DNA of 62,922 nucleotides, filler included, from Stramenopiles sp. TOSAG23-3 (GCA_900128585.1; 55 parts of 55 records of this genome joined end to end with filler, not necessarily neighbours in it); one strand, 5' to 3'; shown: positions 25,347 through 37,861, numbered from the whole stretch's first letter. The notes: generated by a model from the sequence alone, not told the origin. Numbers and translations: made by a program.

Positions 25347-25977
25347 TGGGTTTGGTGATTTGACTACCCTTTCCTCGTTGGTGGAGGAAGAAAAGTTCGA
25401 CGTTACGAGCCTTGACCCTACTGGTCGGAGTGCCTTGCACCTGGCCGCAAGGGAAGGCCACGTAAAAATTTTGGAATTTTTACTCGAAAAAGGCGTAGAT
25501 GTGAACGTCCTGGACGGCAACGGCGTGTCGGCCCTGCTCCACGCGACCAACGCCGGCATGGAGCCCTGCGCCAACTTGCTCATTTCGAAAGGCGCCGATT
25601 CCTCCATCCTCGACAAAAACGGGAACCACTGCCTCCACGGGGCAGCCAGCCGGGGAATCCTTGGGCTTGTCCAGGCCATCCAGGCGACTGGGACCGACAT
25701 CAACGTTGCCAACAACGCTAAAATCACCCCCCTCCACGTTTGCGGGAGAAGCGGCCAGGTGGTCATTTTGCGCCACTTGATCAAGTCGGGCGCCGACGCG
25801 AACTTGCAAGACTCCGCAGGGAACACCACCCTCCACTACGCTGCGAAATGTGGGTTTCCATTGATAGTGAAAGCGCTGAAAGAGGGCGGGGCCGATACCT
25901 CGTTGACCAACAGCGACGGAAAGAAAGCCGTAGACTGTGCCATCAACAAGGCGACAAAGGACGCCCTGGCTGAATGA
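25347..25977 (+). CDS. Ankyrin-repeat protein, 5' partial
   Basis: GRSALHLAA, GNHCLHGAA, TPLHVC, GNTTLHYAA. Confidence 0.95.
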
Positions 25978-26494
25978 TTGAAATTTTGATTTTGATTAAT
26001 TAACCCCCCGAAGTATAACACACCCCAGAGGGTATTTATACTTGTTGTGTTCTAAATTTAACACACGAGAGTACGGCGCAGGAGAGAAAAAACTCGAACT
26101 TAAAATTACAACGCACGCCGTGCGGATTAATTAATTAAAAAAAACTCAAACTTTTATTTAAAAAAATTACAGACGCAATTCCACACACCGATTCGGATCA
26201 AGCATGGAAGTACAGATGAGAATTATTAAAAAGAGTCAAGACTAAAAGTGACAAGGGTAATATATTGATTTACACTGAAATCACAACAGTATAGGGCTAC
26301 GCTACAACTCCGCGATGCCACTTCCTTTTAGTCCGCCTTTTTCGTCTCGGACGCGCCCACAATTCCCCAATTTTTCCACATTTGAACTCCCTCTNNNNNN
26401 NNNNNNNNNNNNNNNNNNNNNNNNNNNNNNNNNNNNNNTTAATTAATTAANNNNNNNNNNNNNNNNNNNNNNNNNNNNNNNNNNNNNNNNNNNN

Positions 26495-27542
26495 GTTTCC
26501 TTTCCATCTTTTAGTGCTTTATCAAGGGCATTACAGATCGTTTGCATCCACTCCTGATTTTCCGTTCTCGCCAACCCTTTGAAAACATCATAAACAATTT
26601 CCAAGCGACTGCGTCGCATTTTGGGCAGTTGAGGGGAGCACGACACTTTTTTTTTACCAATGGCGTGTCTCCACCATCGCTGGATTCGCGTTGACATGAT
26701 CTTTGCAGAAACAAAATGAGACCAAGCGTTCCAAACGCGATGTGCCCGGGGCTTTAACAGTTGCCGTCTGCAGTCCAGTTCACATGCTCTACGATCCCTA
26801 TAGAAATTCTTTAATCGCGAAAAGTACCTACGCTTCAAGCGCTTCCCAATCGCTAGAACCGCGGCAAGGTGCCATTCTGCCACGATTTTGAACAGAGTGG
26901 TCGTTTCGCGTTTTACAACACGAGAGCCCACTCGCCAACACCTTAGCCGCCTCCTGAGATTGCCGTACATTGAAATTCGTAAAAATGTTTTTCCCGACGC
27001 CAAACGAGTGTGGTACCACTTCCAATTTCGAAAACAGGAGATAACCCGTTGTTGATTTTGGGTTTGTAAGCGCATAACAATGCCATACAGGCGATGGTTT
27101 CTTTGTTTAGTCACAAAGGCTCTCCATTGCCCAACTCTTTTCTTCAGTATTATTTTTAATTCTAACTGCCGTGCAGCATGGCGCGCTTTATCAAATACCC
27201 CCCGGCGGGTTTTCAGCTCACTTCCTGCAAAAAGACTATTTAATCGTTTGGAAAGATTCACTTGACCTTTCCATCGTTTTAAGATTGTTTTTACCTTCTT
27301 TTTCAGCAAGACGTTGCTTCTTTCTAATTTTTTCTCCCCATTTAAATGACACAAGGTCCTGATAATGGAACATTGGAGCGACCAAGCCCTCCAGCCTTTC
27401 AAGTGCTGGCGCACAAAAGCCCGTTGCTCGGCAGTCAGAACCCTGCGAACGATCCTTCTATTCGCAGGTATTTCTAGGTACAGCTTGTCGGCATCTGGGT
27501 GGAAGCGAATGGGGCCATACTTATAATCACATGTACTTCGCC
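26495..27542 (-). CDS. Sfi1-like/IQ-motif basic helical protein fragment
   Basis: Periodic FxxW/WxxW helices; TRIQRWWR IQ-like motif. Confidence 0.5.
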
Positions 27543-28223
27543 NNNNNNNNNNNNNNNNNNNNNNNNNNNNNNNNNNNNNNNNNNNNTTAATTAATTAANN
27601 NNNNNNNNNNNNNNNNNNNNNNNNNNNNNNNNNNNNNNNNNNAATCGATTTCGATTTTTCATCGTTTTCTTTAATTCTTTAATTTAAAAAATAATGCCAA
27701 CTTTAATGTATTCTACTCTATTATTATTATATGTATTTTTTTTGAGGTGAAGAAGGAGAAGACACGGTCTTCTTGTAAAACTGGGAAGAGGGGGGGGGGG
27801 GGTATTTAATAAATTAAAACCAGCATCGATCAGCGTAGCAATCAGTCCAATTTTTAGATGTTAGAGCCAGCAATCCATTCAAGCTAATGACAAAGCATTA
27901 ATTATAACCACCTACCACAATACTATAATTATATCCTGGTTTTCTTCTTCTTTTTCACACTGAATACACGGTATACGCTTACACACCATCACATATCATT
28001 GTGTGAGTTGCGTTAAAGTTCTTCTATCATATAACTAACTACTATAATAATAACACTGCCAAGAGCTTTATTAGGAGGGAGGATTATTTTTTACGTCTCT
28101 GAACAATGGTGGACAACGAGTCCTCCTCTTACTACTGAACTTTGTCAGTTGCAAAACGATAAGTTTTGCAAATTAATGTTTCCACATCTTTACGCTACAG
28201 TGTATCTGGCAACGGCAAGAAAA

Positions 28224-28690
28224 ATGAGAAGCTTGATTGTGTTCGTATTGCTTCTAGGTGCGGCATGGGGCTCGGCAACGGATCTCAGGTCGCGCGCCTC
28301 CCACGTTCAAACACTTTACACCAACGTGGGGGATAAAAAAAACACGTTCAGAGCACAACCTGCCACTAGAGTTGGGAGTATGTTGGGTATGAAAAAAGCT
28401 AATACTGCTAAAATAGCAAACCTAGAGAACGAGGCGATGGTTGAAAAGCAGAAAGATTTTAAGCGCGGTATAGAATTTATTAAGCTCGAAAACCGCGTGC
28501 GGAAGGTCGAGAAAAGGAGGGCCTACGTGAGAGGACCGCGGGGAAGAGACGGTCGACCTGGACGACGAGGGCGAAGTGGACCCCGCGGTCCCAAGGGGGA
28601 CACAGGAGACAAAGGTAACGATGGTGTCGGGTTGCACTTGCGAGCGTTCGTGTTGCATACCAAGTACGCAACAGGCGATTATGTGTTTGC
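28224..28690 (+). CDS. Secreted collagen-like (Gly-X-Y) protein, N-terminal part
   Basis: Signal peptide MRSLIVFVLLLGAAWG; 11 consecutive G-X-Y triplets; ends at YATGDYVF. Confidence 0.75.
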
Positions 28691-28861
28691 NNNNNNNNNN
28701 NNNNNNNNNNNNNNNNNNNNNNNNNNNNNNNNNNTTAATTAATTAANNNNNNNNNNNNNNNNNNNNNNNNNNNNNNNNNNNNNNNNNNNNTGGAGAGTTC
28801 CTTTACGACTCCTGCTGGTACAGCTGTACTAACAAAAACCACTTTGCTGCGTGTAATTTAG

Positions 28862-28951
28862 CCTACCCCCTATGACGAAGAAGTCGGACGTTTCAAAACC
28901 AAAGCACTTTGGGAATATGACGAGAACGAAGATCTAGACGACGGTTGGTAA
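28862..28951 (+). CDS. Probable terminal exon of an unknown gene
   Basis: TACTAAC branch point (28827-28833), TTTAG acceptor, then PTPYDEEVGRFKTKALWEYDENEDLDDGW*. Confidence 0.55.
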   Translation, partial: PTPYDEEVGRFKTKALWEYDENEDLDDGW

Positions 28952-29099
28952 GGGTTTTAATAACACCTGTGTTGATGAGTGATACCAAATTATTATTTTA
29001 TTAATTTTAGAAGCAGAAAAGATGATGATATTATTTTTTTTTGTGGCGACGTTGCTTCTTTCTCTTCTATTACACGGCACGATATTATTTTTTATTATT

Positions 29100-29140
29100 A
29101 AACAAGAAAATTGGCTGTTATTTAAGTAATTAAATTTAGC
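29100..29140 (+). repeat. Dispersed 3'-flank element copy
   Basis: AAACAAGAAAATTGGCTGTTATTTAAGTAATTAAATTTAGC. Confidence 0.9.
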
Positions 29141-29761
29141 AATATTATTATCATATATTTTTTTTGTGATGTCTGTGCTTTTGTTCCGTGATGAATTCTC
29201 AATAGTTTTCCTTTAACTATGAAAAAAGAAAAGAATGAAGTTTTCGTTTTGGTCTTGATTTAAATTTGAGCTGAATTTTTCAGTTCAAACAACGCAACAC
29301 GCATTATTGCGGGTTGAGTTGGAGCCAGAAAGAAGAGAGAGAGGGCTAAATTAGTCGTCTATCTAGAACGACTATCTATCTACAAAATACATAATACCAG
29401 GTACGGTACGGGTACGGAACCTGGAACTTTTTTTTTCCTGTACCTACTGTACCGTATCTATCAATCAAGCGTTTGTGTGTTATATTTCATACTTGGCCGT
29501 GCAGGTAGGTACAGGACCGGAGGAAGATAATAATCCTGGTTCCTGTACCTGTACAGTACAATAAAATAATATGATGAGAACAAAATCATGTAAAAATATA
29601 ATCTATTCGTTACTTCGGTGAGTTGGAATTTTGTATATAAAATGTATTTTTAGATTTCACTGTACCATCATTATAAAATAGAGAATGCTGTGTTGTTATT
29701 ACTTTGTAATAAAAAATGTTATATTAACGAGGAGAAGATGACCCTTTCTTCACTTTCTTCA

Positions 29762-29836
<75 letters not shown>

Positions 29837-29837
29837 T
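29762..29837. repeat. (CTTT)n microsatellite at contig end
   Basis: Direct reading. Confidence 0.95.
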
Positions 29838-29937
29838 NNNNNNNNNNNNNNNNNNNNNNNNNNNNNNNNNNNNNNNNNNNNTTAATTAATTAANNNNNNN
29901 NNNNNNNNNNNNNNNNNNNNNNNNNNNNNNNNNNNNN

Positions 29938-30984
29938 GTCTCCACTACGGGCACGTGGACCTGCGGTTCGAAGTCTTTGATTGGGACGCAATTGGCAAGC
30001 ACACCTTCTTGGGCCTGGTCAACATCGACGCAAACGAAGCCGCCGCGCACTATGACAAGCACAACATGAAGTTCGAGCTGTTGCCGAACCCTGACAAAAA
30101 GGACAAGTACAACAAACACGTCCAGGGCGAGATTTTTCTATCGTTCAGCGTTATGCTAGACGAGCAGGCCAGGGCGTTGAAAGAGCCGGAGGCTGGCGAG
30201 AAAGAACTGAAAGCGATTAAGTTTGAATCGGGTTCTCGCATAAAAACTCTGCAGCGTCGGCTTTCGGTGCATACGGACCACCAAGTGCTTCACTTGCATG
30301 TTGTGGGCGCACAAGACGTAAAGAAGTGCGACGTTGTCGGCTGGGCAGACCCTTACGTTGTCTCGTACGCAAACGATACCCAGATTGGGAAAACAAGTGT
30401 GCAGAAAAGTACAAAAAATCCAAAATGGAACGAGGTGTACGATGTTGATCTGCACTACGGCCATGTGCACTTAAAGTTTGAAATGTTTGACTGGGATCGC
30501 GTTGGGAAGCACACGTTCATGGGGCAGTTGGAGATTGACACGGCCGACATTTTGCAGTACTACGGGATGTCGAACGTACCGTTTTCACTCTGCCCTGACC
30601 CGAACCGGTCTACAAAGAAGAATAAAAAAGTCGGGGGCAAGCTGCTGCTTTCATTCAGTGTCATGACAGACGAGCAGGCGCGTGCGGCGACCGAGAAAGA
30701 GCATGCCGAGAAATTGGAAGAAATGAAAGCTGCGGAAGAGGAGATCGTCAAGCGAAAAGCAGCGGCGGAAAAGCTTGCCGCGGAGAAAAAAGCGATCGAG
30801 GACGCCGTCGTCGCAAAAACCGTCGCGGAAACTCAAAAAGGTGTGCCGGGGACACAGGCACCCGTGGCCCCCAGTGGTCACGAATTGGACACCTCTCACC
30901 AAAGCCTCCACATACGTGTCATGGGGGCAGACAACTTGAAGAAAGTCGACACGGTCGGTTGGGCCGATCCGTACTGCATAGTCT
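29938..30984 (+). CDS. Multi-C2-domain protein fragment (three related C2 repeats)
   Basis: ADPYVV, KTSVQKSTKNPKWNE, FEMFDWDRVGKHTFMG; repeated. Confidence 0.9.
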
Positions 30985-31851
30985 NNNNNNNNNNNNNNNN
31001 NNNNNNNNNNNNNNNNNNNNNNNNNNNNTTAATTAATTAANNNNNNNNNNNNNNNNNNNNNNNNNNNNNNNNNNNNNNNNNNNNGGGAGCATTCATTTAC
31101 TGTTTTTTTTTTTTTTTGAAACGAAAGAGGAGGAAGAAGAAAAAGAAGAAGAAAAAAAGGAAGAAGAAATATCCATTTTTTTATTTATAAATGTGAGAAT
31201 AATTTGTAAAGTATAATACAACCACACACAATGAACAGCGCAGCGAATTAAAGGAAATAAAATAATTTTTATTAGAAGAAAGACGACTATTTGATTACTA
31301 TACTATTTACGTGTTAAAATAATTAAGTTACAAAAATATCCAACCAACTCGAACACTAAGTTTTACTAGCTATTAAATACGAAGTTTTAAAATACAATGG
31401 TATTTCTATATAAATACATTCTTCTTCTTTCATTCTTCATTCATTTTTTTTTCTTCTTTTTTTTTTTTACCACAATCTAAATATAATAATATATTAAAAC
31501 AACTACCAAGAAATAACACTAATAAGAACACAAATAGGATCATTTATTATATTTATATAATAATATCGACGAGAGAAGAAGAAAAAAGAAGAAGATTCAA
31601 CAAAAAAAAAAAATAATTTAAATAAAAAAAAAAATATATTATTATTATAATCTTTTTTACTTTTTAAAGGTTTGAATCCAATCCAACAAACGTATCCATA
31701 TATCTAAATAGTTAACAATAAAAGCGATTGAGATATTAAAGAGCCACTGGACAATTAAACTGTTAGTAATAAAGACGATTCTTCTTCTCCCTCTAGAATC
31801 GCCGCGCCCAATTAATTCGTGCGCAGCTATACCCACGAACCTCTGGCTGAA

Positions 31852-32131
31852 ATGGGGGTTTTCAAAAATTTGTGCGGGAAGGTGACCAGCTTCTGGGGTG
31901 GGGTGGGCAGGGTCATCATGTTTATGACATATTCTACGTTGATTATGTACAACGTCGTGTTTCTAGCTGTCGATTTAGGGTTTTTCATTCTTTTGAAGTA
32001 CATCAAGTTCTGGCTGAAGGTTGCGGATCGAATTACCTGTTCGCTCTGTGCCAAAGGCACGCGGCGTGAGCTAAAGCGGAACCTGGAGGCCGAACTGGCC
32101 AAAGCCGAGTCTTATCCGGAATGGGTCGAAG
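31852..32131 (+). CDS. N-terminus of probable patatin-like TAG lipase (SDP1/TGL, DUF3336 region)
   Basis: TM segment then LEAELAKAESYPEWVE, resembling DUF3336 AxSYEEW. Confidence 0.55.
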
Positions 32132-32798
32132 NNNNNNNNNNNNNNNNNNNNNNNNNNNNNNNNNNNNNNNNNNNNTTAATTAATTAANNNNNNNNNNNNN
32201 NNNNNNNNNNNNNNNNNNNNNNNNNNNNNNNGGATCCTGTACTTGGAAAGTGATATGCTTTTGAGTCGAAACGGGGGGGCGAAGATAAAGAAACACATAA
32301 GCGAACTGGCCAAATGAGGCTCCTGTACAACAATTTAACATAGGAATAATGAGGACTTATTCTTGTACATGAAAATAGAAGGGAAAAAATGTTGCATTTC
32401 AACTGTTTCACGGAAGCCCATGCCTGGTGAAAATTTTTCAATTAAACATACTTACCAACATGTTAACAGTATGTACTGAATATAGGAACAGAAAAATATT
32501 ATTTTAGTCTTGTGTAATGCATTCGTGTACAGCAATAGTAATAACCGAATTAAAAGTAATAAGTAATAACCGAATTTATAGCGGAATAGCATTAACTTCT
32601 TCTTCTTTTGGGAAAAAAAATAACTTTTCTTTTTTTTTTATTATTATAATTATACTTTCGTCCTCTTTGTTCTCCTCATTTTTTGTTTCGGGGATACTTG
32701 ACCCAGGGCTACCCACGACTATGGTAGAACTTCCGTCATTCTCGCACCCTAGTGGACTTCGCGTGTCCGCGCCACGCGAATGGTTATTTACTTTTTAC

Positions 32799-33278
32799 TC
32801 AGGTTTTGCTTCCGAACCACAAAATGGTTTGTGTTTTGGCTTCCTCGTTTGAATTAAGAACTGCCAACAAATAGGACTCCAAAGCGCGACGCCTATTTTC
32901 CAAGAAAAAGTCCGAAAAATATCCATGCCGCGAGCATGTTTTCGGCGGCAGCTTGATTGATGTGCACAAACTTCTCCGGTCCAGCTCTTGGGATAACTTG
33001 ACGAATTCGCTGAAGCGCTTGCATACAGTGACCCCTTTAGTAGCATGTCTTCGATGAATGTGGTACATTGCTATGTTACTTCGAACCTCCACCTTCTTTA
33101 TGGTTGCTAAAAAATCATCTTCGTCATGAGACCAATCGTCTTCAGAATCATCTTCCTTTTCTTCTGGGCGTCGGTCATGATCACTCTCACTACTTGTGTT
33201 GTTGCTATCTGCACTTGCAACTGGAGGACAATTTTTTTCTCCAATGTCGTCCGGAACTCCAGAGTTGTTCCCAGAGAC
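32799..33278 (-). CDS. PX-domain protein fragment
   Basis: VCKRFSEFVKL, LPPKT, FLENRRRALESYL; frame open from the contig edge. Confidence 0.85.
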   Translation of the reverse strand, partial: VSGNNSGVPDDIGEKNCPPVASADSNNTSSESDHDRRPEEKEDDSEDDWSHDEDDFLATIKKVEVRSNIAMYHIHRRHATKGVTVCKRFSEFVKLSQELDRRSLCTSIKLPPKTCSRHGYFSDFFLENRRRALESYLLAVLNSNEEAKTQTILWFGSKT

Positions 33279-33378
33279 NNNNNNNNNNNNNNNNNNNNNN
33301 NNNNNNNNNNNNNNNNNNNNNNTTAATTAATTAANNNNNNNNNNNNNNNNNNNNNNNNNNNNNNNNNNNNNNNNNNNN

Positions 33379-34425
33379 TTTCGTTTTTGCTTTCAGTTCA
33401 CATTCCTTTTCGTGCAGTTCAACCATCAATCTGTCGTGCTCTTCCAAAGCTTTTTTTCCGCGCTTCTTCATTCTGTCTGTAACGCGTTCCATGCCTTGGG
33501 TAATCGCCCATGTGTCGACCGTATGAAAGTTCAACAAATAATCATTGCGGTTCTTTATGATTTTGTTCTCCTTCAAAATATCAATAAATTTATTTTTGTG
33601 TTCAGGCGTAACTAGAGCCTCTAAATCGTCGGGAGACTCCCCTGCAATGGTTGCCAGCTGGTTTCGTACGGAAGCCTTCTTCTCATCGTTCCATTTTTCT
33701 GCCACCTTCGACACCTTTAATATTTTGTCGATAAGGTCTTCTCCGTCGTCGCCACAGTAACAGTCCAGGCCAATTGGAAACTCGTCCAAGAAGGATTCTT
33801 GGGAAGTTACCAATTCGTAGTTTTTGAGTTTCTCGATAAAACTCTGTAACTCGTTGCCCTCTAAGCTCTGACTACCGTCTTTATCTTCTCCATAGAATGA
33901 ATATACCAACAGATTTGTCAATCTATCAATTCCACGGTCAATCATGCCCAACTGAAATCCCCGAGCTTCCTCTTCCATTTTGACTAGGTTCCCCGTGGAT
34001 TCCTTCAAAAAACTATCCAAACCTTTCTTCACCATGGTAAGCGCAGTCTTTGCATCTCCGAGTTGGTCAACGACACCTGTTAGCTGAGCCAGTGCAACTT
34101 TAGCTTTGGCTTGGCGCTTCTTTTCCAACGCAATCTGCTCTTCTTGGGATCGTGTTGCATCGTCCAATTTTTCATTGTGCGACAACAAATCGGTGACATA
34201 CTTTTCTAGGTATGCTGCGCTTTGGGCATTGCGTTTCCGATCAAAAAGACCGTAGTTAAAGACAAACGTGATTACACATACCCCAACAGCAGTCCATCCG
34301 CCGATGGTTCCCATCAATTCTGTGGTAATGGTATCCATGCCGTTATTTGGATCGGCTAAAATGCCGATTATAACTACGGTGGCTACAATGATCAGGGCAC
34401 ATAACACCTCCACCCAGTGAAGCTG
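33379..34425 (-). CDS. 2-TM + coiled-coil + EF-hand protein fragment
   Basis: Two hydrophobic helices; DKDGSQSLEGNELQSF EF-hand loop. Confidence 0.65.
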
Positions 34426-34525
34426 NNNNNNNNNNNNNNNNNNNNNNNNNNNNNNNNNNNNNNNNNNNNTTAATTAATTAANNNNNNNNNNNNNNNNNNN
34501 NNNNNNNNNNNNNNNNNNNNNNNNN

Positions 34526-35571
34526 TCTGCTCCTGCTTGTCGAAATGGCAGCAGCGCCGTCGGCTTCGTGCGTAATGTTCGCAGTGGAGTCGCCCGACTC
34601 AGAAGTGACCCGTGCCAATGAGCGCGAGGCTTCGTACGTAATGATCGCAGTGGAGTCGCCCGACTCAGAAACATGGTTCAATGTAACAACGGAAAGAATG
34701 GTCCTTCCCTTCCTTGCCTCTTCATAGAACGGTTCTCTATCTTCCTTGGGCAAGCTATGAAATTCCTCAATTGCGCTTGACCTTGATGAATCGCCCTTTT
34801 GCTTGCGCATTGCCCAGAACAAATTTTTCGCTTCGGGTTGCAATGGTAGTCTGTAACCAAGTTTTCGCGCTTCGACACGCACCTGTTGTTGGAGTTGTTG
34901 CAAACTGACACAACTTAACATTGGAAACAGCCCTCTCATTTTTTCCCAGGTGAATGTTCCACGCTCACAGAGCTTTTTCAAGGTTTCACAGTATGAATCA
35001 GTAAAACAAGGAGTTAACATAACGCGAACCTTGACGGCAGTGTCCCCCCGAAGCCCATTCATATCGCAATACTTGGATTGCTCCGCCTTGCTCAATTTTG
35101 CCCATACCGCGTTATGATCCTTGGCGTATTTTCCCTTTTCTTTGAAAACGGTTTTGCCCTGTGGTGGGAACGGTAGGTGATAACCAATATCTTTGGCGGT
35201 CATGCGGCATTCCTGTTGCGACTTGGGGGGGTTAAAAGCCTGCAATATTTCCCGCCACGTCACCATTCCTTTCTTGCATAGTGCTTCGAGAACAGCCAGG
35301 TCTTTCTTGTTCCACAAATGTTTCGGCGGTTTTGTGCTCAGTTTTCGTTTTTTCTGGGCCCGTAATTTTGTGATTATTTTCCGTTTTTTCTGCACCTGCT
35401 TTTTCTGTTCCGACATAGCTGGGACTGCTGAATTGGCCGCGGCCTTCGCCTTGGCTATCTCCACCTTCGCCATGGCTATCTCCGCCTTTGCATTGGCCAT
35501 CTCCGCCTTCGCCTTGGCTATCTCCGCAACACTTTTGATATGTATAATGTATTTGCTGTGCGAGCCACACT
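34526..35571 (-). CDS. Protein with duplicated helical + HMG-box-like module
   Basis: AKNLFWAMRK...EEFHSLPKEDREPFYEEA and WAKLSKAEQSKY; 21-bp (AKAEIAM) and 66-bp internal repeats. Confidence 0.55.
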
Positions 35572-35671
35572 NNNNNNNNNNNNNNNNNNNNNNNNNNNNN
35601 NNNNNNNNNNNNNNNTTAATTAATTAANNNNNNNNNNNNNNNNNNNNNNNNNNNNNNNNNNNNNNNNNNNN

Positions 35672-35905
35672 AGAAGAAGAAAGAAGAAGAGAGAAGAAGA
35701 TGAAAAAGAAGAAGAAGAAGAAGAAAAAAGAAGAAGAAAGAAGAAGAAGATGAAGAAGAAGAAAAGAAAAAGAAGAAGAATTATTATAATAAAAGAAGAA
35801 GAGTAAGAAGAAGAAGAAAGAAGAAGATGAAGAAGAATATGAAGAAAGAAGAATTAGTAGAAGAAAGAAGAATTAGAAGAAAGAAGAAAGAAGAAAGAAG
35901 AGAAA
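35672..35905. repeat. GAA-rich low-complexity tract
   Basis: Direct reading. Confidence 0.9.
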
Positions 35906-36229
35906 ACAACAATACAAGACGACGACGACGACGACAACAGAGACAGGGCGAGAAAAGAAATTTCAAACAACAGAGTCAACAGGGCAAAAGAGAAACTTCC
36001 TTCTTTCTTCTTCTACCATTGGTACCACCACTTCTATTCTTTTGTCATATGTAAATAAGATTGAATGAACAACTCATAAATCGAATAAACGATTGAATGA
36101 TTTGGACAATCGACGTTTACTTTTCTTCTTTCTTTTCTTCTCCGTCCTTCCTCAGTTTTAGCAATATACGTATGCGCACTATTGTACAACATCAAAATAT
36201 TTTTTACCAATCTATTGCGTACCAAGTTC

Positions 36230-36716
36230 ATGATGTTCCGCATCTCTCGTAAAGTAGCAGAACGACCAATGTTAGAGAACGTCCGAGGGTTTACCCCCCC
36301 GTCCGAGCGTCGGGACACCGCTGATCGGAATGACCCGATTTCGCGCCTTAACCTTTTTGTGCAGGCAAACAATTTCCACCTGGGAGGGATAAAATACCCG
36401 CTCTTTACAAAAATCAAGGTTGGGAAGCTCCAGTGCAAGACGAAATGTTTCAAACACCCAGAGCTGATTGTGGAGGGAACGGTGAGCATAAAGTTTGACC
36501 CAAAAGGAGAGAGTTGGCAGCAGGTAAGGAACACGACGAAACGCGAAAAGAAAGCAAAGAATCACGTTGCTGCCCTGGTATTGCGTAAGGTCCGGGCACA
36601 ATGGGACAATAGGTACAACCGCAATCCAGGGTTTGCCTTTAGTTACACGAACCAGAGGTCCAGGGACGAGGTAGAGCGGCTAGTAGTGGCCGTGGCGCCC
36701 GAGGCAAGGCAACGGG
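36230..36716 (+). CDS. dsRNA-binding-motif (DSRM)-like protein, N-terminal part
   Basis: DPISRLNLFVQ...Y...EKKAKNHVAALVLRKV fits dsRBD helices 1 and 2. Confidence 0.5.
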
Positions 36717-36816
36717 NNNNNNNNNNNNNNNNNNNNNNNNNNNNNNNNNNNNNNNNNNNNTTAATTAATTAANNNNNNNNNNNNNNNNNNNNNNNNNNNN
36801 NNNNNNNNNNNNNNNN

Positions 36817-37861
36817 ATGGTATAGAGGGATACGATACAAGTGGTTGCAGCGGTGGCTTCAAATCATCGTCGGAGTGTCATTTGAAATGTGCAGACGGGT
36901 ACAGTCAAGGCAACCGTGAGATCTACGCATTTTGCACTTCAGATCATGGTGAATTTTCAGCGACTGGCTGTCACATCAATAAGTGCACTGTCGATAAATC
37001 CAAATTTAACCCCACAAACGGTTACGATTTGTCGCAATGCAGTAACGGAGATGGTCTTTTATCGGAGCAACAGTGTAAATGTAGTTGTTTTAGTGGATTT
37101 ACGGGAAACCCAACATTAAAATGTCCAAACGATCAAGGCCCATTTACGATATCTCCTCATGGTGGTACTGAATGTACACCTGGAAAGGAAGCGTACACAT
37201 GTAAAATAAACGAAGCAGAAACAACAAATAGTGGTTATGTCGTTAATGATTGCCATGGTTTTTTGAAACCTTCCGAGTGCAAATTATCTTGTATTTCCTC
37301 GACGCACGAAGGAACACCAAGTATTCAATGCAATAAGAACGGTGGCGAGTTTATTTTGTCCGGATGCAAAGAAAAAGAACAGAAAAAACCTAAATGTAAA
37401 TTGAACAAACTTAACCTTGACAAGGGGTATAAAGTTGTAAAATGCGATGAAAGAGTAGAAGCGGCGCAATGCGACGTTGTATGCAACCCATTGACTCACA
37501 GTGGCACCGCACATGTCCAATGCAACACCGACGGATCTGATTTTGTAGTATCTGGTTGTTCTGAAAATCGATGCTATGCACCAGAGGGTGATTCGAATAA
37601 AATGGATTTTAATTTTGATAATTGCAGAAGCTCAAAATCGCATCCTATTTTATCATCTGAATGTCATGTGAAATGCCCAGTAAATTTCAACGGGGATGTG
37701 AATGCCGTCTGCCACCGCAATGGTGATTTGTTTAGCGTAGAGGGTAGCTCGTGCAAAGCAAAACAGTGTAAAATCCCAGAGCATGGTATAGAGGGATACG
37801 ATACAAGTGGTTGCAGCGGTGGCTTCAAATCATCGTCGGAGTGTCATTTGAAATGTGCAGA
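36817..37861 (+). CDS. Cys-rich modular extracellular protein; collapsed 966-bp in-frame repeat unit
   Basis: Five ~64-aa modules (GY..C...C...C...C...F..SGC); first and last 79 bp of the contig are identical. Confidence 0.85.

Noticed and set aside
32590-32800. Coding-like sequence beyond the PX-domain stop, suggesting a frameshifted pseudogene
   Set aside because: It needs both a frameshift and a stop bypass, and there is no recognisable motif to support it.
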